Assembly: GCA_951406725.2 (NCBI GenBank)
Contig: OX597826.1
Span: 41,974,001 to 42,038,000, forward strand
Source of the DNA: Octopus vulgaris
Taxonomy: Eukaryota
DNA: 64,000 bases
Reading direction: 5' to 3'
The position numbers were made by a program, and so were the translations under genes. Each line of letters opens with the position of its first letter. Position 1 is the stretch's first letter. This document shows, one piece after another, positions 13,984-28,975 of this stretch. The notes below the pieces were generated by a model. It saw only the letters and a list, made by a program, of their open reading frames with translations. It was not told where the DNA came from and did no database searches.

Positions 13984-14437
13984 CACACACATGAATGTAT
14001 ACACACACACATATACACATAGGTATATTATATAGGTATATATATCGATGGCGGGTTTCCCCACGTTTTCTATAACAAAATTCTTCAAATAAAAAAGAAA
14101 ACAAAAGTTCCACGTGCTGAGGCAACTCCCAGAGATGATAGCATAGCACAAAATACCGTGGAATGGGATTGAAAGCGAAACCACGTGGTAAATGATCGAA
14201 CTTCATAACCACACATCAATGCCTGCAAAGAAGTTTCTTAACTTATATACATTATTCATACAGGCCAGGGAATGCATGAACAGTAAACATTGTCATATCT
14301 AGACGCTTGCTGCCTTAATACCGACCAAAGGTTACGAATATGTAACCAGACAACACGCAGGCAGACAAACATGCACACACATACACACAACTACGCACGC
14401 ACAAACACACTATCCTATACAGGTGTGTGTGTATCAG

Positions 14438-14503
<66 letters not shown>

Positions 14504-14771
14504 TATGTGCGTGTATATATATATATATATATATATATAGTAGTATATTTATGTATTTATATACGTATGTATATATGTATTACATGTATATAAAACGAAT
14601 GTCTTATAAATGCCGAGGTGTCTGATGTAGACATGTCAGGTACAGGGTTGTTGGAGATGGTTTGTTTACTAGGAATGTCACCGTATTGACCGAAGGATCA
14701 ATTGAAATTTTGGTACTGAGTCTGTTTAGTTTTAGCATTCTTTCATACAAAAAGAAACATATATATGTATA

Positions 14772-14827
<56 letters not shown>

Positions 14828-14955
14828 CATTTATACATGTGTGTTAGTGTCTATGAATTCATATATATGCATTCATACATACATATTCATAGATACAGAA
14901 AGACATATATAAGCTCACCTATGTATGGATTACATACATATATACAAGTATATAC

Positions 14956-15031
<76 letters not shown>

Positions 15032-15052
15032 AAATATATATATATATGTATG

Positions 15053-15097
<45 letters not shown>

Positions 15098-15191
15098 AAA
15101 TATATATATATACACACACGCACACACACACGCTCACACACGCACACACTCACACACACACACCAACAGACACACACACACACACACACAT

Positions 15192-15870
15192 GTCATTAAG
15201 AATAAAATATCCGATTTGGAACTGAAAGTTTATTTTATTTAATCTCAACAAAAAGCAATGCTGTTAATCAAAATATGCTCCTAAATTATCAACAACTAGC
15301 AGTATCGCACGGCGTTGCTCGGGTTTGTAAGGGAAATAACTATATAAGCATTTTTAGAGATGTAAAGTATAATAGCCATTTCAATATGGCTAACTACAAA
15401 GGGGGGGGGTTCTTAGATTTAAGATACATTTTTAGAGAGTTACTTCCCTTATATATGCCAAAATGCATTAAAATGGAAAAAAAATGATGGTAAATTTTTT
15501 TTTAATCGTAGACACATCGTAGACGCGCGCTAATACCCAGAAGGGCTCGATATGAATCACGACTATAAGATACCCGGTTTTGGTTAAACTGCACCGCAAA
15601 ATGTGGGAGTAGTTAGGAATCTAAATCTCTCTTTTATATATAAAGATTTTGCCATTTTATCGGCAGCTTATTTATGCCGGCAGCGAAGGATTCTGGAGAC
15701 CAAGAGGTGATGAAATCAAGAATCGCTGTTTGTGCATCTTCTTCAGAGATGAAGTTTTTTCCCCTGCAAAAAAGTTGTCAAATGCCTGAAAAACGTGATA
15801 GTCAGTTGGTGCAAGGCCTGGTGAATACAGTGGATGACAGAATATTTCCAAGTTCAGTTCCTTGTGCAAA
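15192..15870 (-). mobile_element. Tc1/mariner transposase C-terminal remnant
   Basis: HPLYSPGLAPTDYHVF (YSPDLAP motif), frameshift, SEEDAQTAILDFITSWSPESFAAGINKLPIKWQ, then VDNLGAYFD* beyond the Helitron insertion. Confidence 0.85.
15296..15646 (-). mobile_element. Non-autonomous Helitron nested in the mariner remnant
   Basis: Minus strand A|TC...CTAG|T, no TSD, imperfect GC-rich subterminal hairpin near the 3' end. Confidence 0.85.
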
Positions 15871-16361
15871 GTAGTGTTGATGATAGCAGTGGGAGTAATA
15901 ATAAGAGAGAGAGAAAGAAAGAGTGGGTATGTGAGAGAAAGAGGGAGATAATGTACTACTTTGTTTAACCATGTCTCTGTGTAATTTCGATGTTTTGCGC
16001 TGATAAATATAGTCAGGTTTCTTTTCATTTCATGTTTTTTGCATGAACAAACTTTAGCACAATATTTATAAATTAAAAAAATAAAGCTCACTGTAATGGA
16101 GTTGAGTTTCATGTAATAAATATTGGGAATCAAAATGCCGAGTAGGTAAAACAGGGGACAACTGATGACGGGATTGTTCTTTATGTTGTCTGTCTTGTTT
16201 TTCTATTTGTTTCTTTCATTGTTCGCATGTTTTCTATGCTTTTGCATTTCATGTTCCCGTTTTCCATGTTGTGTACGTTTTTTGACGTCCTATATCCATA
16301 TATGCATGTATATATACATTTATACGTGTATGTATATATGCATATATTATTTATATTATAT

Positions 16362-16398
<37 letters not shown>

Positions 16399-16430
16399 AT
16401 TAAAGAAAGCAAAAAATGAAACAAAAATTA

Positions 16431-16836
16431 TAGGCGCAGGAGTGGCTGTGTGGTAAGTAGCTTGCTAACCAGCCACATGGTTCCGGGTTCAGTCCCACTG
16501 CGTGACATCTTGGGCAAGTGTCTTCTGCTATAGCCCCGGGCCGACCAATGCCTTGTGAGTGGATTTGGTAGACGGAAACTCAAAGAAGCCCGTCGTATAT
16601 ATGTATATATATATGTGTGTGTGTTTGTGTGTCTGTGTTTGTCCCCCTAGCATTGCTTGACAACCGATGCTGGTGTGTTTACGTCCCCGTCACTTAGCGG
16701 TTCGGCAAAAAAGAGACCGATAGAATAAGTACTGGACTTACAAAGAATAAGTCCCGGGGTCGATTTGCTCGACTAAAGGCGGTGCTCCAGCATGGCCGCA
16801 GTCAAATGACTGAAACAAGTAAAAGAGTAAAAGAGT
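16431..16836 (+). mobile_element. SINE family B, full length
   Basis: Complete head to (gtaaaaga)n tail. Confidence 0.9.
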
Positions 16837-16925
16837 GTTCAGTATGTTGGTGACAGGAATTTCAGTCAAAGAGACATGGTTAAACAAAGTCGTACATCTC
16901 TCTTTCTCTCACATACCCACTCTTC

Positions 16926-16961
<36 letters not shown>

Positions 16962-17185
16962 TATTATTACTCCCATTGCCACCATCAACACTACTACTTT
17001 TAATAACACGTCATCAACTCTCCCTAAATTTCTTTGTCTCTCTTCCTCTCCCTCTCTTTTTCATTCTCTCTCTCTCTGTGTTCTCGCCACTGCCCTCACC
17101 GTCTCTTAGCCTAGTATTACTCTGACCCCAACACGAGGAACAGTAGAAGTGTCATTGAATATATAAATGTGTGTGTGTGTATTTT

Positions 17186-17231
<46 letters not shown>

Positions 17232-17263
17232 CATATATATACATATACATACATGCATATACA

Positions 17264-17298
<35 letters not shown>

Positions 17299-17301
<3 letters not shown>

Positions 17302-17516
17302 GGAGTAAGCACATAAATGTGAAACAAGGCGGGAAAAAGAGTACTCAAATACCAGAGGTAGTGCAATATGCTTTACTTAAAAGCAGCAGAAATATAAACA
17401 AAAGGTGTTACTCAGAGTTTCACGTTCCCGTTCGTCGGACAGCTTTGAAGAGCGGGAACGTAAAACTCTGAGTAACAGCTTTTTGCTATATTTCTGCTAC
17501 TTTTAATAAAGTATAT
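17299..17516. mobile_element. (TA)n-embedded palindromic element with divergent hammerhead motifs
   Basis: ~70-bp inverted arms 17366-17433 / 17450-17516; minus HHR ugu-CCGACGA-ACG-ggaa-CGU-GAAA-CUC-u-GAG-UA-aca (17406-17443); degenerate plus HHR 17445-17479. Confidence 0.7.
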
Positions 17517-17749
17517 ATATATATATACAATCAAAGCAATTAAGATTCAAGTCAATTCCAATGAATTTACTTTATCTGCTGCAATTTTTGCAACTTGTAA
17601 TAAAGCCTGTCTTTGTATGAAACAATTGTACTAAAAACTAATCCATTCTTGTTGCTTCTTTCTCGTGTATATATATATATACACGCTATATATACATTCA
17701 TATAGTTTATTTACATTTTACATACACATAAATATACACATATAGTATA

Positions 17750-17780
<31 letters not shown>

Positions 17781-18564
17781 GTTTATACGTATGTTTTTTA
17801 TGCATGAGCTATTTATATCTGCTATTTATATCTACATTGCATTGTTTCTAAACTAATTGTTTGGGTTGCATCTATTTATATGATCAAAGGCTTATGTGTG
17901 CACACACGAGTGTATGTGAGTGTGTACGTGTGGTTATTTACGTAATTCATAAGATCCGTTTACGCAATTTACGTGAATATATTTCAGACGTATATCATGA
18001 CATAAAGAAATTGGCAAACATATATATATATATAAATATGTAAACATATTGCGTATGTGTGCGTGTGTATGTAGATGTTTGCATTAGTGTATGAATGTGT
18101 TTTCTATAAATAGAACTCTTTCTTTTATTTGTGTCTAAATTTTGTCGCCCTCTTTATAAATTTAGTATAGTCTCCAGGTGAATGAGTATATATATGTATG
18201 TATGTGTGTGTGTGTTGTATCTTTAGAAGCATGAGTAATAACGTGGATGTATATTATGTTTTGTATTTGTGAATGTGAACGTACGACAGTACAGAGACCT
18301 TACCAAGATGTTATGCAGTTCCTCTTTTATCGACGAGGTTGATCGTTCGGGCGGACAGTAAGTCATATTAAGGATCTACGTTTTAACGATAGGTTCGTGA
18401 AGTCTTGGGAATAAAACTGAGTCGACGGAAACTGTGTGGAAGCTGGCTGGATGGGATGTACACTTCGTAGCTTCACACACGTCAGATGGCGCGTCATTCT
18501 GTTTCTGCTTGAGGTTCACGCCAAGTGTACATGTGCAATAGAAATGGAGAAATCACACACACAA

Positions 18565-18605
<41 letters not shown>

Positions 18606-18884
18606 TACAAACAAACAAACAAACACACACACACACACACAAACAAACAAACAAACACAACAAACAAACAAACACACACACACACTCAAACAAACAAACA
18701 AACACACACGCACACACAAACAAACAAACATACACACACACACACACACACACAAGCAAATAAACATACAAACGAACACGCACACACTCACACACAAAAT
18801 CATCAGAATACGCATTCACTCGTTCTCTACTAATTACGTATCAATTTAACTAGTTGTTCAGAACGACTGAATAGTCATTGTGAT

Positions 18885-18951
<67 letters not shown>

Positions 18952-20541
18952 GTATGTGTGTTTATGTGTTTTCTCCGTTTCTATTGAAAGTATTTTACAG
19001 TGTAGCAATTTCCAACTTTCAAATCGAACCCATTTCAGTCAAACGGGCTGGCCTCCACTCCAACTCTAAGAAAGTGCCCTTGACCATTTACAGAGGTTCA
19101 AAGATTGGTGGAAAGGGGGAAGGTAACTACAAACTGGAGACCTGGCTCGAATGCATGCAACGGGTGGGACTCCGCTAAATTGTTAAGTGGTGGTATTAAA
19201 CCGGGTAAGGGATTAAGTTTACTTCCAAAACTGGTGGCATTTGAACTCAGAACGCAAATCCCTTTCAATTACACTTTACTATTTTAAAAAAGAAAAGACA
19301 CATTGACTATTGTAGTACATAATAAGCAAACAGACGGGAAGATTGCGTCTGATCAAACAGTAGTCTACGGTAAAATAGCAGCAACAGTCAAGTCTACGTC
19401 AAATCCCACTCTGTTATCTTAAAAATAGGACTTATTTCATAATGTAAACTTCAATGATTTGGTCATGGCGGGAGCATCTTTGATTTAGAATTAAACAACA
19501 AGAATAACAACTCGTGTTTCGAATGAGCCAACAGGGAGACTACTGAAGAGTTGCTAAAAATAGTACTAAATCTTTCAGGCGTCTTAATGAAATAAAGGAC
19601 ATGTCAGATAAAGTAGTACTGGATTGACCATGTCTGAAACAACAAACAAAACATAGCCTTGTCTTGAACCTGCTTTTTGGTCATGAGTTGACTGGATCAG
19701 TACTGCTCTCACAATAAACATCTACAAACTAATGAGTGACTTTCTGTGAATGAACGGCTAAAAATAACAAACAGATGTCCCTCAAATCACATTAAAAGGC
19801 ATGTTGGATGCATTGTGTTTTGAAAAAGAAATATTAGCGTTAGAAGTGAAACTACCTCAAACGGGTATTGTACATAGTAAATACACATACGGCAGGGTCT
19901 CCCGTATGTAACCAAGGGAGTATAAAACTTCGATTAAATGAAATTAGCGAAGCAATTAGTTCTAAATAAACATTGTGTAATGGATGTTTAAAATCTGAAA
20001 GAAACGACAAGGATAATTAAGTGCAATATTATCGGTTAAACCTAAGTATTTGTAAAATAAATACAACATGGATGAAGAGTAGTTCTTGTCCTTAAAGTGA
20101 AACTGTGAAAGTAACAGACATGTTTCAGTGGGGTATGATATACCAGAAAAGATTTGGATGCTATTTCTAGCCGACTAGGTCACCACATAGTAACTACTTT
20201 TGTTTGTTAATCGGAAGCCGTAAACATAATCAATATTCTGTCAAGTAAAAAAGTGTAACAGATTAAGTGAAAAAAGGGAAGATCGTTCAGATAAGGAAGA
20301 AATAGTATTATTTTACAAGTGAGGAATTAAGAGGAGATTAAAGGGGTTAGATTTGTGTGTCTGTGGGAACTTTTGATGACGACAGTCAGTGGCAGTTGCT
20401 TTAATGCCTCCCCACCGGTCCTTCGGCACAAATTATAAACGCTTTAATAGATTAGAAAGGGACTTGTGAAGGGTTCTGTCTGTCAGTCTCTCTGTCTGTT
20501 TGACTGTCTCAATGTATGTATGTATCAGCTTGCCTCTCTCT

Positions 20542-20600
<59 letters not shown>

Positions 20601-20908
20601 GTATACACACACAAACATAAAAATAATGAATTCTTAGGCACAATAAAAAAAACTTTTGCGTAAAGCGTTGTAGCAAGGGGCTCAATAAATATAGATATAA
20701 ATTTAAGTTTTGAGGGATATATATTGAAATAAATAATGATACAAAGATATTTGAAAATAAACACAGACAAAGCATATCAAAATAGTATATATGTTTTTCT
20801 CCGGACAGAAACCCCTGTTTTTAAGGGTACTAATTTTAATATAAAACATGTGAGTTATTGTCATCACCGGTTTATATTCGTCGTTATTTATCATACAATA
20901 ACGATTAC

Positions 20909-20995
<87 letters not shown>

Positions 20996-20998
20996 ATA

Positions 20999-21041
<43 letters not shown>

Positions 21042-21219
21042 GATTTTATGAATGAGGAAAGTTGTAAGAAATGCATTTTTAAGATGTATATATTTTCAAG
21101 ATGTAAAATTTTCTTTACAGCTGTTTCAAATATTAAGTGACTTGCTGCTATTATCCCGCTCTACTTTGGTGCTCAGGACATGATCTTGCATCTACTCACC
21201 TACTCACTCTCTATTTCTG

Positions 21220-21264
<45 letters not shown>

Positions 21265-21281
21265 TACATACATATGTATAG

Positions 21282-21345
<64 letters not shown>

Positions 21346-21459
21346 CATACATACATATGTATAGTTATATATATATATATATATAATATATATGTATATA
21401 TATATATATATATATATAATCATACATACATATGTATAGTTATATATATATATATAATA

Positions 21460-21496
<37 letters not shown>

Positions 21497-21499
<3 letters not shown>

Positions 21500-21660
21500 T
21501 GCAGGAGTAGCTGTGTGGTAAGTAGCGTGCTTACCAACCACATTGTTCCAGGCTCAGTCCCACTGCGTGGCACCTTGGGCAAGTGTCTTCTACTAGCGTC
21601 GGGCCGATCAAAACCTTGTGAGTGGATTTGGTAGACGGAAACTGAAAGAAGCTTGTCGTA
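21497..21660 (+). mobile_element. SINE family B, 5' half
   Basis: Matches family B head. Confidence 0.85.
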
Positions 21661-21690
21661 TATATATATATGTATATATATATACATACA

Positions 21691-21737
<47 letters not shown>

Positions 21738-22152
21738 CCTGTCCTATATATACACACACACACACACACAGATGTGTGTGTATACATGAACATCTATCTA
21801 TCTATCATCTATCTATCTATCTATCTATCTCTCTATATATATATATACAAAGAGCGAGAGAGAGGGGGAGAGAGGGGGAGAGAAAGAGAGAGAAGGAGGC
21901 AAACAAAAAGAGAAATGAATGGTAGAGGGGTGAGGAAAACCTGGCTTGTGTTTGTTGGCCATGGAGTTCACAGTTATATTATAATTCACTCAATTATTAT
22001 AAATTCTCATTAAATATAACCATATTTGTTTATTCGTTTCTTTCATCTATTTTCTGTTTTGTTTTGTATTTACTTATTAATTACTTACATACACTTGTTA
22101 TATATGTATTATGTATAAGTATATACGTATATATACATGAGTATATAAATGT

Positions 22153-22219
<67 letters not shown>

Positions 22220-22221
22220 CA

Positions 22222-22303
<82 letters not shown>

Positions 22304-22442
22304 TGTATGTATGCATGTATGTATATTCGGCGCTTCTTGATACAAGTGGTCCAACAAATTTTCTAGGAATAACAGTTTGGGAACTTTCCTCAAGGGATTC
22401 ACCGGAATGTTATTTTCTAAAATTCCCCGCAGATGTATATTT

Positions 22443-22477
<35 letters not shown>

Positions 22478-22873
22478 CGTGTATATATATATATAGATAT
22501 ATATATATATCTGTGTGTGTGCATGTATGTATATATGTGTGTGTGCACGTATGTGTGTGTGTATGTGAGTGTGCGTGTATATATCTTTTCATTTTTTTTC
22601 CGTCGGGACACTGGATACATGATCTCTATCAAAATTTTTGCTAGACACTTTTAATAAAAGACACGAATCTTTACCAAAATCCCCAAACCATCACCTTCCT
22701 ACAATCTACCCACCCGCTCTGCTACCCGTTCAACCCACCCGCCCCACTTTCAGCTCCATAACTCTGCTCGACTACATCTGGTGTCAAGGCTTAGTACAAT
22801 TTTAGAAATAAAGAGGACAAGTACATGTAAATATATATACATTTGCATTTACATATACTCATGTACATGTATA

Positions 22874-22926
<53 letters not shown>

Positions 22927-22983
22927 GTACATATATGTGTATATACATTTATGTACATAAGATATATGTATAATATATAAATT

Positions 22984-23019
<36 letters not shown>

Positions 23020-23258
23020 ATATATTTATGTGTGTACATATAAATGTACATATATATATATATATTTATGTGTGTACATATACATACATATATACTATAT
23101 CGAGATAGACAGAGAGAGGGAGAAGGGGGATGAGAGTAAGAAAGAGATTGACAGACAGATAGAGATATATGTATATATATATATATGTATATGTATATAT
23201 GTATGTATATATATGTATATATTTATATGTATATATATATGTATATATATGTGCGTGC

Positions 23259-23366
<108 letters not shown>

Positions 23367-23734
23367 AGTCATTCTAGATTTTGTATTTGTACTCATACTG
23401 AACAGCCGATTAAATTCATTAAAAGCCGATTTACACAACACACGGCAAAATAACGAAATCTTTCACAGGAGAGAAGAGAGGAAAAAGAATGTAGTTGTAT
23501 GTATTATGTAGTGAATATGGCGAAATGTTTATAATGTACACAATATCGTATATCTTTGGGATTTGGTTGCAATTAATTTAGTGAAGTTCAGCAATTTGCC
23601 TGTCTACGCAAACTCTTCATTATAAGTGTGTGTCTGTGTTTGATGCATATACGTGTATGAACGTCTGTGTGTGTTTGTGTTGGTGTCTGTATGTGTATAT
23701 CATGTTTGTACCTCTATGTGTATTCTGTTTATTC

Positions 23735-24396
23735 TTTTTATTCTTTTATTTGTTTCAGTCATTTGACTGTGGCCATGCTGGAGCACCGCCTTTTAGTCGA
23801 GCAAATCAACCCCCAGGACTTATTCTTTGTAAGCCTAGTACTTATTCTATCGGTCTGTTTTGCCAAACCGCTCAGTGACGAGGGGGGGTGTAAACACACC
23901 AGCATCGGTTGTCAAGCGATGTTGGGTGGACAAACACACTCACACACACACACAAGCATATACATACACATACTCTTACTCTCTCTTTTTACTCTTTAAC
24001 TTGTTTCAGTCATTTGACTGCGGCCATGCTGGAGCACCGCCTTTTAGTCGAGCAAATCGACCCCAGGACTTATTCTTTGTAAGCCTAGTACTTATTCTAT
24101 CGGTCTGTTTTGCCGAACCGCTCAGTGACGGGGAGGTAAACACACCAGCATCGGTTGTCAAGCGATGCTGGGTGGACAAACACAGACACACAGACATATA
24201 CACACGCATACATATACATACACATATATACGGCAGGCTTCTTTCAGTTTCCGTCTACCAAATCCACTCACAAGGCTTTGGTCGCGCCGAGGCTATAGTA
24301 GAAGACACTCGCCCAAGGTGCAACGCAGTGGGACTGAACCCGGAACAATGTGGTTGGTAAGCAAGCTACTTACCACACAGCTCCTCCTGCGCCTAT
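23735..24396 (-). mobile_element. SINE family B full copy plus duplicated 3' module
   Basis: Full copy 23975-24396; extra 3' module 23735-23940. Confidence 0.85.
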
Positions 24397-24682
24397 AGCT
24401 AAGAACAGTTATCTTCTCATGCGCTGTTATTTTTTTAGCCCTAGGTCAGTCGTCACCGTACAGGCAGATATATAAATTCAAAGGCGTTTCAGATATGACT
24501 TAACCAGTTTTTTTTCCTAGGTAGCAGATGGAACCCGTGTCCACATAATGTCATGTGGTCTTTACTAATACGAAGCGCTGTTATTTAAGGGAAATTTAGC
24601 TGCTGTTTGCGAAAGATCGAATTATTACTTCGAGACTCCTTCGCTCGGTTTTGTATGTGGGTACGTGTGCGTTACCGTGCGC

Positions 24683-24718
<36 letters not shown>

Positions 24719-24736
24719 AAGTATGTGTATGCATAT

Positions 24737-24804
<68 letters not shown>

Positions 24805-24805
<1 letters not shown>

Positions 24806-25845
24806 CGGCTCTACTTAGACGACGGTGAACAGGCGTGGGCGCCGTTTGTAATGCACGCTTTCCAGCAGCTCGTCTCCATCCCGGGTCGACCTTGAGCCAC
24901 TTCAACACAACCAAAGCACTCTATAGGGGATTAATGGAGGGGAGGTACGACGACGATCTCGGGGCTAACCTGGGCGTCGACGATGAATACCCGACCCGCC
25001 TGTTCAAGACAACTTTCGTGCGGACCAATGGACAACTTCCAAAGATCCCTGACCTGGCAGTGCTATCGAGAAACGCTACCCGTTCGGGATAAACTCTACA
25101 GACACGGCTCAAAAAACGTGGGGCCGACCTGCCCGAGATGCAGTCAGAGCGACGAAACCGTTCTGCACATACCCGTGCAGTGTCCAACCATTTCCGACCT
25201 GTGGGCTTTTGTCGAACGGATGCTGTCACGTGTGGGACGAGTCGGTTTATCAGCCTAGTTTATCGTCAATATCGTCAAGCCTCCCTCCTTCAAACTGGAA
25301 GGAAGAGCTATTTTCATCATACTTGTGGTTATGGCGAAAGAATGTATCTGGTGGACTCGTCTGAAAGAATTAGAGACAAACAATTTTCCTCTCTGGTCAG
25401 TCTCTCATCAACTTCAAGTATTACTTGAAAAGGAAAGTGAGAGTCGAGAGGCAAGTTTTGTCTAGCGAATGTTTAAAAAAAAAAATGGGTGAATGTAGCA
25501 AGGATGGCACGTATGAATGACGAAGCCACCTTGAGCATAATCCTATGAAGCCGGATAAATTTAAAACAGAGAGTTACTTGCAAATAAATGTGTTATCATG
25601 TGACATTATTGACCGATGTTACCGTGGTCTTTTCTGTAGGCTCTTCTTTCCACGGATAAACCAAATCTGTTTCCCCCTTTACACTTTACATCATGACATT
25701 TCTGTGATACATGATCCCTATTGATAATTTTTTTACGATCCCTTTTAATCGAAAACCTACCTTACTTTTTTCCCCCAAAAGAAAAGCTTTACTTTGTAAT
25801 TTGTCCCCTCTGTGTTCAGCCCTATGTGGCTAATAAAGAAACATA
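24805..25845 (+). mobile_element. 5'-truncated Tx1/L1-like LINE (ORF2 C-terminus plus 3' UTR) in a (CTAT)n tract
   Basis: SLTWQCYRETLPVRDKLYRHG..GPTCPRCSQSDETVLHIPVQCP (zf-RVT-like zinc knuckle); frameshifted; ends aataaagaaa; (ATCT)n on both sides. Confidence 0.8.
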
Positions 25846-25897
25846 TTTATCTTTCTGTCTGTTTGTCTGTCTATCTGTCTGTCTGCCGGTTTGTCTG

Positions 25898-25964
<67 letters not shown>

Positions 25965-26017
25965 GTCTGTATGTCTGTCTGTCTGTCTGTCTGTCTGTCA
26001 GTCTGCCTGCCTGTCTG

Positions 26018-26084
<67 letters not shown>

Positions 26085-26794
26085 GTGTCTGTCTGCCTGT
26101 CTGTCTGTCTATATTGCATGCATTGTTGTACCATTTTATTGCGTGTATTGCATATGTATATATGTGAATGTATATATGCACGTGTCTGTATGCGCCAGTA
26201 TGTGTGTGTGTATGTATGTATGTATGTATGTATGTATGTATGTATGTATGTATGTATGTATGTATGTGTATGTGTATGTATGCATGTATGTATGTCTGTG
26301 TATGTTTGTGTGTGTGTGTGTTTATGTGTGTGTGTGTGTGTGTGTGTGTGTTGTGTGTGTGTGTAAGTTTGTGTGACGTGTGTAATCTATCTATTTTTTG
26401 TTTACTCTACGACCCCTTAATCCGAAGAAATTTAAGTAAATTGTAAACAAAGTTTCCACTAAGTTAACCCTAAGAAATACGGACTGATTTTCCACTCCAA
26501 GAACCCCTCAACAAACACAAACCCTTTTCTTAAAAAACAAAAACAAAAAAAATAGACAGTCAACAACAGAATTCTTTATTCAGTCGCTTAATCTGCGGAA
26601 AGTAGCACCAACTTCTCCCTCAGATCTCTCCCCAGTCATTTAATATATAGAAAGAACACAGAAAATAATATAGTTTAACTGTAATGGTCACGGATGGAAC
26701 GTCATGGATTTTATGTGAATACTAACCAGATATTACACAAAGAAAAGCTAGATTATAATTGCTTTTAAAACTTTAGAAAGCGAAAATATTCTTT

Positions 26795-27159
26795 TGTACT
26801 CCAGGCACAAGGCCTGAAATTTTGGGGGAGGGTGCCAGTCGATCAGATCGACTCCAGTATGCAACTTGTACTTAATTTATCGACCCCGAAAGGATGAAAG
26901 GCAAATTTTAACTCAGAACGTAAAGACAGACGAAATACCTATTTCTTTACTACCCACAAGGGGCTAAACGCTGAGAGGACAAACAAGGACAGACAAACGG
27001 ATTAAGTCGATTATATCGACCCCAGTGCGTAATTGGTACTTATTTAATCGACCCCGAAAGTATGAAAGGCAAAGTCGACCTCGGCAGAATTTGAACGGCA
27101 GACGAAATACCGCTAAGCATTCCGCCCGGCGTGCTAACGATTCTGCCAGCTCCCCGCCT
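26795..27159 (-). mobile_element. SINE family A copy plus a second unit with an alternative tail
   Basis: Reverse complement of family A; distal unit ends ccctcccccaaaatttcaggccttgtgcc. Confidence 0.85.
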
Positions 27160-27237
27160 TGGAAACACAAAAATTGTAGCTCACTCAATCAGTCAGCTAA
27201 TCAAAACTTTCACCGGACAGTCATTCAATTAAAAGAC

Positions 27238-27553
27238 TCCGCCGGTTACGACGACGAGGGTCCCAGCTGATACGATCAACGGAACAGCTTGCTCGTGAAA
27301 TTAACGTGCAAATGGCTGAGCATTCCACAGACACGTGTACCCTTAACGTAGTTCTCGGGGATAATCAGCGTGACACAGAGAGTGACAAGGCTGACCCTTT
27401 GAAATACAAGTACAACTCATTTTTGCCAGCTGAGTGGACTGGAGCAACGTGAAATAAAGTGTCTTGCTCAAGGACACAACGCGTCGCCGGGAATCGAACT
27501 TACAACCTTACAATCATGAGCCGAATGCCCTAACCACTAAGCCACGCGCCCTC
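27238..27553 (-). mobile_element. SINE family D
   Basis: Minus head gcgcgtggcttagtggttaggg...gttcgattcccgg, core-like tgtgtccttgagcaagacac. Confidence 0.8.
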
Positions 27554-28393
27554 ATGTCATTCAATTAATCAACCACCTGATCAACGAATAGGCCAGTCTC
27601 AGCCGGCCAATCAGCTAGCCAGTCACACTCACTCACTCACTCAATAAATCAATCAAACATTTAGAAAACTAATCAATCTTTTCATCATTCAATCATTCAT
27701 TTAATTAACTATCTAATCAATGAACATGTCAATCAGTGAATAAATCACTCACACAATCAACCTCTCAAGAATTAAGACATTCAATCAACCCGTCATTCAC
27801 TCCATCGATCTACCAACCTGTCTTTAAATTAATCATTCAGTCAGTAAATCAATCGAATCAGCAATCGGTTAATCTTCCATCCTGTCGGCAATACAATCAA
27901 TCAGTCAGTCGGACAACCAATCAGTCAAATCTAACAGTCTGTTAGTCAGCCAAACAGTCACCCAATCGTTCACCCAATTAGTTGACCCACTCAATCAATA
28001 TTCATTCATTCAATCAATCAGTCTGTTAGTCAATCAATCAATATGCATGATCTGATGCGAATGTTATATAAAACTACTAAACGGGAAAAAGGCCCAAATT
28101 GGTGAGATTAATTCTGTGAATTTCTCAAGCGTGGATGAGTAATTTATCAAGATGAGGAGCAAAACAAATAAGTCTCTACGTTGTTGCCCAACTTGCTAAA
28201 AAATAACAACGAAAATGCTCTGTTTACCTATGCATCTATTAAAAAAAGAAGGATATATTTGTTTATATAATCATAGATATACGAAGATATATTATGGCCA
28301 CAGCTAGAATGCCGTAATTGCAACATTAACGACAACACTGGAAATCCGCACCACGTCATATGACCATCCCCTTACATATTTAGTTGCAGGTAT

Positions 28394-28624
28394 GGCGAGC
28401 TGGCAGAAACGTTAGCACGCCGGGCGAAATGCTTAGCGGTATTTCGTCTGCCGTTACGTTGTGAGTTCAAATTCCGCCGAGGTCGACTTTGCCTTTCATC
28501 CTTTCGGGGTCGATAAATTAAGTACCAGTTACGCACTGGGGTCGATGTAATCGACTTAATACCTATGTCTGTCCTTGTTTGTCCCCACTATGTTTAGCCC
28601 CTTGTGGGCAATAAAGAAATAGGT
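28394..28624 (+). mobile_element. SINE family A, monomer
   Basis: Full head and tail; flanking aggtatggcg repeat. Confidence 0.9.
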
Positions 28625-28920
28625 ATGGCGTATCTTAGAATACAGTATAATTATGTGGTCTAATATTTTTTTAAAGAAGTTCTTAGAGTATGATTTCAGA
28701 GAAATTTAGCAGCTTTTTTTTTATCAGCATATCGAATGATCACCTGGTGGTTTATGTATAAATCGTACAACAGTGTGTTGATGGTCACAATAAACAGTGG
28801 GAATAATGTATTATAGACGAGTGCTTCGTTGCTTTGCTCAACTGAAATCCTATTATAGGAATATGTACGTAAGTGCGTGAGTGCGAAAGTGTATGTGTGT
28901 GTGTGTGAGTTTGTGTCTGT

Positions 28921-28975
<55 letters not shown>

